From Trichlorobacter lovleyi SZ (GTDB lineage Bacteria; Desulfobacterota; Desulfuromonadia; Geobacterales; Pseudopelobacteraceae), in NCBI RefSeq assembly GCF_000020385.1, contig NC_010814.1:720001-752000 (forward strand): a stretch of DNA of 32,000 nucleotides. The letters are read 5' to 3'. The notes beneath the pieces were generated by a model. That model was not told the DNA's origin, searched no databases, and worked only from the letters and a program-made list of their open reading frames with translations. This document shows, in pieces, positions 18,882 to 24,980 of the stretch; the stretch's first letter is position 1; each line of letters opens with the position of its first letter. Both the position numbers and the translations under genes were made by a program.

Positions 18882-19322
18882 TCATTTCACATGGAGCTTT
18901 TCGAAAACAATCTTGCAGGCCTGTTCCTTGGTTACGCCAGGGTCCAGTGCTACCTGTCCGGTCCTGTCGCCGCTTGCAGCACTCCCTTCCAAACAAGAGC
19001 CCATGTAACACTCATAACTATTGCCGCTTGTATGATAGCAAGCGTAGCATATGGATCTGTAATGGTGATTATAACCCCGCCTTGACGTATCCTGATACAT
19101 CAGCTCGAAAGATTCCCATGTGCCCCAGCGCCAGAACTCGATGACAGAAGAGAATAGCAGCTTTGAAAAAGTACATTTCCATGGGCTTGCAACTGTGAAG
19201 GCTTCCACTTTTTTATACTCTTCTTCAATGTAGGTGCCTGACCAGCTCGAAGGCGCCGAGGCTGTCAGCGCAAGAATTACCGCTGCGAGTATCATGAAAC
19301 CTTTAAAGAAGTAGCGATGCAT
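18882..19322 (-). CDS. Small exported Cys-rich protein, 146 aa (family A)
   Basis: RBS GGGGAGG and a signal peptide are present. It shares FWRWGTWESF and the C-terminal ACKIVFEKL with 28301-28684 (FWNWGKWQSF, ACEIIFKAA). Confidence 0.7.
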   Translation of the reverse strand: MHRYFFKGFMILAAVILALTASAPSSWSGTYIEEEYKKVEAFTVASPWKCTFSKLLFSSVIEFWRWGTWESFELMYQDTSRRGYNHHYRSICYACYHTSGNSYECYMGSCLEGSAASGDRTGQVALDPGVTKEQACKIVFEKLHVK

Positions 19323-19547
19323 TTTGTCCTCCCCTTTGTGTTTAAGCGGTTTTCTGTCCAGCTTGAGCTGTTACAGCGACGGGAATCCGCCACCGGCTTG
19401 CCGGATAATTTCAGCTGATTACTTCTGCACTAGAAATCTTCTGCAAGCCGTTACTGGCCGGGTAAATTCATTTCTTTTGCAAAGACACTGCATGCCTCGC
19501 TCTGCGAGATCCCCGGTTTCCAGAAAACTGTTGTGGCATGCCATGAC

Positions 19548-20354
19548 TTACCGGCTTACCCGTATCCAGCCGCCATGTCCGTACATGGCAGTTCCGGCTG
19601 CCATGGCCTTAACGACCAATGCCGCGTCAACCCAGTATGGTTCGTAGTACTCCCGGTCAACATCAAGCACCAGCACGCGGCCTTTTCCGGCATCATAGGC
19701 GGCTATGGGGGAGATGTGCGGGTACGGCCCACCTCCGGCACCGGTCAGGGTATCCTGGGTGAAGTGAATCAGAATCATGTCATCAGCGGAAGATTCGTTG
19801 GCTGCGAGGGCCTTACGCCAAAGGTCGCGAGTGGGCTGGTTATCGGAAGTAACCTGAACCTTTTCGATTCTGGGGGACGCTATCCCGTTCTGCCGAAGCG
19901 CTTCGGCCAGCACCAGAGCCAACTGATCAAGGGTCAGCCCCACCTGGCCGTTTACACCCCCCTTTTGTACCCGCTGCGCCCATTGGGCTATCTTGACTGT
20001 ATTCAGCAGCATGGCAGACGAAGCGTTCCGATCACTGTCGGCAAGGTTGCGATTAGCACGGGTCAGTGCGTTAACCACCGCCGCTACGGTTGCCACGGAG
20101 CAGTCATAGGCATTCAGTTGCGGCACGTAATAGGGAGATAAGGCCCAGTAGTCGGGAGCCGGATGGGCAGGATTCTGAAAATAGGTGTGATCCCGTGAAA
20201 GCGGCACTGTTGTGGAAGCATATTTAGGGCCGGGGTCTCCTGCAACGCAGATTGCCGAGATAAAGAAGGCAATCAGCGCTGCAGATCCACTGCGCAGAAA
20301 CAGTCTGAACATTGCTATTTGGGATCCATGAAGCGACTTGTGCGCTGCTTGCAT
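19548..20354 (-). CDS. Exported phytochelatin-synthase-like (papain-fold, PF05023-like) protein, 268 aa (alternative start at 20312)
   Basis: The catalytic-Cys block QLNAYDCSVATVAAVVNAL and the His/Asp block PHISPIAAYDAGKGRVLVLDVDREYYEPYWV match cyanobacterial and plant PCS N-domains. A signal peptide is present. ATG 20354 has a GAAGAGG RBS. ATG 20312 lies 2 nt after the upstream gene's stop. Confidence 0.8.
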   Translation of the reverse strand: MQAAHKSLHGSQIAMFRLFLRSGSAALIAFFISAICVAGDPGPKYASTTVPLSRDHTYFQNPAHPAPDYWALSPYYVPQLNAYDCSVATVAAVVNALTRANRNLADSDRNASSAMLLNTVKIAQWAQRVQKGGVNGQVGLTLDQLALVLAEALRQNGIASPRIEKVQVTSDNQPTRDLWRKALAANESSADDMILIHFTQDTLTGAGGGPYPHISPIAAYDAGKGRVLVLDVDREYYEPYWVDAALVVKAMAAGTAMYGHGGWIRVSR

Positions 20355-20713
20355 GATGCCTCTTCGCCGCGGCAGCGCAGGATTTTATTTCTGTCATCCT
20401 TTGCGGCCTGCAGACATGAAGCAAGGTCTGTCTCACACTTCTCGCGGGCCGCTTTCCACAACTCCGACCGCAATATGTTGCGGTTGACATCAGGGCATTT
20501 CAGGTTGCAATCGCCAGGTGGCTTAATCCAGATGGGGGTGAAGCAGGCATCAAACACCTTGCCGCCGGTCTCGTTCATTACGCATCTGGTTACACATGCC
20601 TTGCATTCTTCAGTGGCAGGTTTGTACTCTGTTGCCCAAAGGGGCGCTGCGGCAACTACCGCCAGGAATGTGGCTGTTACAACAAGCTTGTTCAGTGAAT
20701 AGCGATTACTCAT
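20315..20713 (-). CDS. Exported Cys-rich protein, 132 aa (11 Cys)
   Basis: It has a perfect RBS AAGGAGG and the signal peptide MSNRYSLNKLVVTATFLAVVAAAPLWA. It overlaps or abuts the PCS-like gene. Confidence 0.7.
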   Translation of the reverse strand: MSNRYSLNKLVVTATFLAVVAAAPLWATEYKPATEECKACVTRCVMNETGGKVFDACFTPIWIKPPGDCNLKCPDVNRNILRSELWKAAREKCETDLASCLQAAKDDRNKILRCRGEEASCKQRTSRFMDPK

Positions 20714-20790
20714 GATTTCCTCCTTTATTTGTCAGGGGGGTATGCTTCATGGGGGATAATCAGGGATATACATATTTGCAGAAAAACGGC

Positions 20791-21240
20791 TCATTTTACG
20801 GGGCGTACAGGCAATACATAGTTAAATTTATTCACCGTCTCTCTGTCGCTGTTGCCGCTCATGCTGGAGCTATAACAGAGAGTTACCGGTTGCCCCAAGC
20901 CGGGCCCCCACATCTGTACCAAGCAGGTGGATGACCAGTAGTTACCCTGCTGAATATTCGCGAGACCTGAAAGACTCCGCAACTGCCTCAACTCGCTTTC
21001 CGTGGGAAGCCGTCAGTCTCCGGCTTTCGAACTGTCGTTCAGACCGCACTGGCCGCTTGCAAGGTTCTTGGCTCTTGCATCAGCGTCAACCCAGTTCATC
21101 TTTCCCAGACAACCGGCATCCTTCAACACGATAAGATTGTTTAAGATTAGTGTTCCGTTGTCGCCGCACCATGCTGCGTCGTTTGCCGCGCCAATTAGCA
21201 GTGCTGCAAGCAGTAATGATCCGATAATGGTTGTTTTCAT
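20791..21240 (-). pseudogene. DUF1566 (Lcl C-terminal domain) exported protein interrupted by an in-frame TGA at 21013-21015
   Basis: The single frame reads ...GQCGLNDSSKAGD-TGA-RLPTESELRQL...NYWSST...VLPVRPVK. The stop occupies the conserved Trp of the WRLPT motif. RBS GAGAGGAGA and a signal peptide are present. Confidence 0.7.
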
Positions 21241-21259
21241 GGTGTGTCTCCTCTCGTGG

Positions 21260-21607
21260 TTATTGCCAGGTGCCAGAGCATGGCGGCGCGGTGCAGAGCA
21301 GGTTGCAGAACCTGTTCAGATCGGTCATGGGAAAGTCAAAGGGGATGACCGCTGAGCCATAGTTGTCCCTGCACTGGTACTTGCCGTCGTACTTCAGGCA
21401 TGAGTATGATTTGAATTGGCAGCCCACCAGATGGCCTTTTTCAATCATGCCGTTCACAACCTTGGTGATTGCATTGGGGTGGATGGTGCAGCGTTTAGTG
21501 AAGTAATCCGGGTTACTGGTGCAGATAAACGTCTGGGCAAAGGAGTTGCCGGCCAGTGCCAGTACTGCAGCGGTGAGCAGAACAGCTGTCAGGTAGGTAT
21601 TTTTCAT
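21260..21607 (-). CDS. Small exported Cys-rich protein, 115 aa
   Basis: The start is chosen at ATG 21607 (AAGGA RBS). The signal peptide is MKNTYLTAVLLTAAVLALAGNSFA. The mature part has 10 Cys. A 19-nt gap separates it from the downstream DUF1566 gene. Confidence 0.65.
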   Translation of the reverse strand: MKNTYLTAVLLTAAVLALAGNSFAQTFICTSNPDYFTKRCTIHPNAITKVVNGMIEKGHLVGCQFKSYSCLKYDGKYQCRDNYGSAVIPFDFPMTDLNRFCNLLCTAPPCSGTWQ

Positions 21608-21736
21608 GCTGTTTTTCCTTTCCAGTCTGATGGATAACGCCAATTTTCCGAAAACGTAAAGGTCACGTTGCCATGCAGAAAAGACAGAGGTCGTCAGTTG
21701 CCGCTACCTGCGTCCAGCTGCCAGTTGTTACACTCG

Positions 21737-22171
21737 TTACTTGTTACGGACAGGCCAGATATAGCCGTCACCGTTGCCTTTCTGGTAGTCTGTCAGATAG
21801 CCGCTGGGGAAAACCACAACATAGGTATACTTTTCCCCCATACTGAGTGACGTCCAGTACATCCCTGATATAATCCGGCTGAAACCACTGGTGTCTACGG
21901 CCCTGCTTGCCAGTTCTCTGGGGGTTGGAAGCCGCCACTGACCGGCAGTAGACTTGTCACTCAGTCCGCACATACCGGACTGCAGGCCGGCAACCTTGGT
22001 TTCAGCAGTCCACCACCCACTCTAGCCCAGACAGTTGACGTTTTTAAGCCAGACAATGCCGTGGGCGTCGTCAGCAATGGTGCCATTTTTGTTGTCCTTG
22101 TTTGCCGCCTGGGCGAAACCGGCCAAAAGAAGACAGATTACCGCTGTTATCACAAAAGAGAACGTCTTCAT
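21737..22171 (-). pseudogene. DUF1566 exported protein interrupted by an in-frame TAG at 22022-22024
   Basis: I translated it codon by codon: MKTFSFVITAVICLLLAGFAQA...IVWLKNVNCLG-TAG-SGWWTAETKVAGLQSGMCGLSDKSTAGQWRLPTPREL...YWTS...IWPVRNK. The stop aligns with Lys of the paralog (GCLGKMNW). RBS AAGGAG. Confidence 0.7.
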
Positions 22172-22228
22172 GGTGAGTTACTCCTTTTACCTGCTATTTA
22201 ATCACCTCATACAATGCAGTAAGGATAA

Positions 22229-22287
22229 AGGGGCAGGTCGCAACTGCCGACATTTTAAAAGTTTGTATGGAGTTGAGACCTGCCCCT
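22229..22287 (-). terminator. Long imperfect hairpin downstream of the CVNH gene (possible terminator)
   Basis: There is an 11-bp perfect inverted repeat, AGGGGCAGGTC (22229-22239) and GACCTGCCCCT (22277-22287). Five more inner pairs follow (CAACT/AGTTG). On the minus-strand transcript it is followed by UUUAUCCUU. Confidence 0.35.
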
Positions 22288-22332
22288 CATGCACAAAAAA
22301 AATAAGTGTTCTAATTTCCTCGCCAGTTATCC

Positions 22333-22809
22333 CTACTGGTCAAACAGCAGCACTCCCTTATTGTTGCTAAGACCGGTATTTAGATCGAGTGCTGCAGGGA
22401 TGTCCAAAGACAAAAGCCCCCCGGTTTTGCACTTTGCATGTAAGGTCACGCTACCAGTCATCGCAACCTCATAACCTGATTTTACCTCAAGATGGAGGTT
22501 GCTGCAGGTGGTACTAAAATTTGTCCCTTTAAATTTTAGCGCTCCCGCTAGATTTGAGATGCCCTGATTAAGATCGATTGCGGTTGGTCGTCCGATACGG
22601 CAATTCATTCCGAGAAAATCACAGATACAGGGGGATTCTATGCCCGGGGTACATTTCATTGAGGTCATGCACACAGCGCTAAGGTACTTTCCTTGTAGTG
22701 ATATGTTTCTGCAGGTTTCGCTGAAATTCTGTGCCTTTGACTGACCGGTGATTGTCGCCATGAGGAGTGCTGCTACAAGGAAACTTCTAATGTACTGCCG
22801 TGTATTCAT
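22333..22809 (-). CDS. Exported CVNH (cyanovirin-N homology) lectin-like protein, 158 aa
   Basis: It has two pseudo-repeats. The first is NFSETCRNISLQGKYLSAVC...AIDLNQGISNLAGALKF. The second is NFSTTCSNLHLEV...LHAKCKT...ALDLNTGLSNNKGVLLF. These mirror cyanovirin-N (FSQTCYNSAIQGSVLTSTC...SIDLNSVIENVDGSLKW / NFIETCRNTQL...INLDDHIANIDGTLKY). A signal peptide is present. Confidence 0.75.
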   Translation of the reverse strand: MNTRQYIRSFLVAALLMATITGQSKAQNFSETCRNISLQGKYLSAVCMTSMKCTPGIESPCICDFLGMNCRIGRPTAIDLNQGISNLAGALKFKGTNFSTTCSNLHLEVKSGYEVAMTGSVTLHAKCKTGGLLSLDIPAALDLNTGLSNNKGVLLFDQ

Positions 22810-22868
22810 CGGGATCTTCCCCCTGGAATTGTGGTGTTAAGCTGAATTAAGCGTTGAACTTATTCCGG

Positions 22869-23312
22869 CTAATTAGGGCAGAAACCGTATTTGACGCTCT
22901 CTAGGACAGGATCAGGTGGTATTGAAGGTTTGGGGCAGACCCTGACACTGGCACTGTATTTACATTCAACAAAATTAAGGCCTTGTACATAATCAGTGCC
23001 GGCGCAGGTGTGGCCTGCCAAATAGATTTTATTGTTGTTTTTATCAACCCTCCACCCCTCGATTGTCATGAGCGGCGTATTGTAGGGGGCTGTCCAGGTG
23101 TAGATCTGTCCTCGCTGGAGGACCACTGTATTTGTTGTCCCGCCGGCCTGCATGGTGATCGTGTAGTGATCAAACGGCAGGTCACTCGGCAACTGTACCT
23201 TCCATTGATAGGTGTTGGGAAGCGGGAGCTGAAATGCCTGGGCCCGATTTGGCGCAAGTATGGTCAGGCACCAGAAACAGAAAAACAGGGTAATGACACT
23301 GGCTGATTTCAT
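22869..23312 (-). CDS. Small exported protein, 147 aa
   Basis: The start is chosen at ATG 23312 (AGGAGA RBS). The signal peptide is MKSASVITLFFCFWCLTILAPNRAQA. The longer ORF-track version lacks an RBS and overlaps the upstream gene. Confidence 0.65.
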   Translation of the reverse strand: MKSASVITLFFCFWCLTILAPNRAQAFQLPLPNTYQWKVQLPSDLPFDHYTITMQAGGTTNTVVLQRGQIYTWTAPYNTPLMTIEGWRVDKNNNKIYLAGHTCAGTDYVQGLNFVECKYSASVRVCPKPSIPPDPVLESVKYGFCPN

Positions 23313-23400
23313 GGTTGTCTCCTTTGGGCAGACAGGTGGACGTTTCCCTCTTTCTGTAAGTGGAAGGGACCTGACTAGATAGCATGCGGGGAGATTAATG

Positions 23401-23769
23401 CTAATCCACCTTGTCCAGTCTTGGATTGCCTTGGTTGTCCTTCCAAATATGCCATTGTGAACTTTTACAGGAAAAAAAGCAGTTTTGAGCATTGCTTGAA
23501 TCTCTTCCGTCAGCACAGATGACCAGGGTGTTAAACCCTTTAGCCGGGAATTTATTGCGATCTAAACATACCACATTCAACCCTACCGGGCATTTTAGTC
23601 CAAACTCGAAAGTGTACAGTGCGCCGTTGTTAGAAGCAGGAAAAACATGGGACTTTTGCTTGTTAAATACTCCATATAAGACGGTAACTCCACATTCGTA
23701 GTTAGTAAGATTAGTGACTTTAACCCTATGGTTAATCGCATCTGCCGGTACAGGTGATAGCAACGCCAT
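23401..23769 (-). CDS. Small Cys-rich protein (family C); the annotated ATG lies inside an apparent signal peptide, and the true start is possibly non-canonical near 23817
   Basis: The open frame upstream of ATG 23769 reads VITKCCTSTIFLACLLC-M-ALLSPVPADA, a signal-peptide-like stretch, with no ATG/GTG/TTG in frame back to the TAG at 23875-23877. Paralog motifs are YTFEFGLKCPVGLNVVC and CFFSCKSSQWHIWKD. Confidence 0.5.
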   Translation of the reverse strand: MALLSPVPADAINHRVKVTNLTNYECGVTVLYGVFNKQKSHVFPASNNGALYTFEFGLKCPVGLNVVCLDRNKFPAKGFNTLVICADGRDSSNAQNCFFSCKSSQWHIWKDNQGNPRLDKVD

Positions 23770-23889
23770 ACACAGCAGACACGCAAGGAATATTGTTGAT
23801 GTGCAACATTTTGTAATTACTTGGCTATTTATGATTTGATGGTAACCCCCTTCTTGGAAAGAGCGTGATCGGTTCTATGTATTGTTGTT

Positions 23890-23924
23890 GCCAATAGCCA
23901 TCCTGATGCACCAACTCTGTTGGT
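23890..23924 (-). promoter_or_regulatory. Bipartite UAS-like element without a recognisable -24/-12 promoter
   Basis: The minus strand reads ACCAACAGAGTTGGT-N14-ATTGGC, the same architecture as the elements at 18757, 24934 and 28785. The position expected for TGGCAC-N5-TTGC reads GGGGTTACCATCAAAT. Confidence 0.4.
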
Positions 23925-24065
23925 AGTCTAATCCGATTTAAGCGCAATTATTGGACCCAGCATTGCTGCCTGACGAGGTTACAATAAGGAGACTGTCACC
24001 TTATGGCCTCCCATTTGTTTCTCCATGTTTGAAATGAGTCCTTCTGTACTGTTTTCAATCTGCCG

Positions 24066-24338
24066 CTATTTCAACGTGCCGTTCCAGCAAAACCAGCCAC
24101 TCTTTGAATCGTACGCCTTGCCGCTGGCGTTCAACTGCGCCTGAAGGGCCGACGTCAGAAGATAGTACTGAATATAGTTGGACTGTACGGTATCGACTTT
24201 CAGGAAACTGCCTCCTATACCGCCGCTCCCGCAGTACTTGGAATTTCCACTTCCAACGCACAGACAGGTTGTTGCGCTGGCCGGTACGCCAGCCAGCAGA
24301 GCCGCGAACATAAGTGATCCGATGATTGTTTTCTTCAT
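24066..24338 (-). CDS. Small exported 4-Cys protein, 90 aa (family B)
   Basis: The start is ATG 24338 (AGGAGA RBS). The signal peptide is MKKTIIGSLMFAALLAGVPASA. The 68-aa mature part is 49/68 identical to that of 30070-30348 by hand alignment. Confidence 0.7.
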   Translation of the reverse strand: MKKTIIGSLMFAALLAGVPASATTCLCVGSGNSKYCGSGGIGGSFLKVDTVQSNYIQYYLLTSALQAQLNASGKAYDSKSGWFCWNGTLK

Positions 24339-24380
24339 GACATGTCTCCTGTTGTAGTAGTTGTTGCCCACCCCATCAAC

Positions 24381-24397
24381 TGCAGATGGCATGCCGA
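24381..24397 (-). promoter_or_regulatory. Sigma-54 promoter (-24/-12) for the family B gene
   Basis: The minus strand reads TCGGCATGCCATCTGCA, with GG-N10-GC spacing exact. It is very similar to the 28726 promoter (TTGGCATGCAATCTGCT). The predicted leader is about 32 nt. Confidence 0.55.
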
Positions 24398-24409
24398 TAA
24401 CTGCGAAAA

Positions 24410-24832
24410 TCAATACATGCTCCATACCCAGGTCATGGGAGGATTGTAGGGAGGTTTATCGGTCTTGGTATTTGGATCTGTTGGCTTGACTTCAACACGA
24501 TGGTTCCAGCACTGCGCGCCGAGATAGCCGGACTCCAGTGCTTGATAATAATCAGGTGCGCCCCCCCAATAATTTCTGGCAACATAGATGTTCACGCGTG
24601 TCGGGCAGTAGTCAAAAATGTAAGAGTCCAGCTTGCAGGTTCCTCCGCCGATATAGTCCCCATAATAATAACCACTGCATTTCAGCGTTTCCCCAAGCCA
24701 TGTTTGCTGGTACACCTCGTACCTCAACTGGTGGCCGGTGCTGTTGACGATTTTTACCTCCCACGCAGCTGCCTCAACCACGCACAACAGCAGCAGACAA
24801 AGCGCCAGCAAACATACCTTACGTCTGTTCAT
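24410..24832 (-). CDS. Small exported Cys-containing protein, 140 aa
   Basis: ATG 24832 lies 9 nt after GGGAG. The signal peptide is MNRRKVCLLALCLLLLCVVEAAA. The mature protein starts WEVKIVNST. DYCPTRVNIYV and AQCWNHRVEVKP resemble family C motifs. Confidence 0.65.
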   Translation of the reverse strand: MNRRKVCLLALCLLLLCVVEAAAWEVKIVNSTGHQLRYEVYQQTWLGETLKCSGYYYGDYIGGGTCKLDSYIFDYCPTRVNIYVARNYWGGAPDYYQALESGYLGAQCWNHRVEVKPTDPNTKTDKPPYNPPMTWVWSMY

Positions 24833-24873
24833 ATCAGCCACCTCCCGGTATGCAGTTGATCTGTACTGTCTAA

Positions 24874-24890
24874 TACAGTATGTGTGCCAA
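24874..24890 (-). promoter_or_regulatory. Sigma-54-type promoter with variant -12 element
   Basis: The minus strand reads TTGGCACACATACTGTA. The -24 TGGCAC is perfect and the -12 reads CTGTA (GT instead of GC). It lies exactly 74 nt downstream of the dyad centre at 24961. The predicted leader is about 31 nt. Confidence 0.55.
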
Positions 24891-24933
24891 AGACGTATTT
24901 GCGTGATGTCAGTAGGTTAAGCAAATGCAAGCT

Positions 24934-24968
24934 GCCAACTTTCTGTTGCAACCGCCAACACTGGTGGC
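24934..24968 (-). promoter_or_regulatory. Bipartite upstream activating sequence
   Basis: The minus strand reads GCCACCAGTGTTGGC-N14-GTTGGC-N44-TGGCAC. It sits between the DUF819 stop (24981) and the promoter at 24874. Confidence 0.6.
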
Positions 24969-24980
24969 GACGTCAGTCCT

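Noticed and set aside
19344-19361. Minus-strand CTGGACAGAAAACCGCT with correct GG-N10-GC spacing upstream of 18882-19322
   Set aside because: Both half-sites are poor matches. The predicted TSS would fall inside the Shine-Dalgarno sequence (GGGGAGG), only about 12 nt from the ATG.
21013-21015. TGA as selenocysteine, or TAG at 22022-22024 as pyrrolysine
   Set aside because: The TGA aligns with an invariant Trp and the TAG with a Lys in the paralog, not with Cys. Each is one base change from the sense codon. No Sec or Pyl machinery is visible in the window. Recoding cannot be fully excluded without the whole genome.
24471-24485. Half-dyad TTTGGA-TCT-GTTGGC inside the coding region, 84 nt upstream of the -24 G of the 24381 promoter
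   Set aside because: Only one arm matches. The distance is one helical turn off the 74-75 nt seen elsewhere, and the third half-site is absent. It is too weak to call a UAS.
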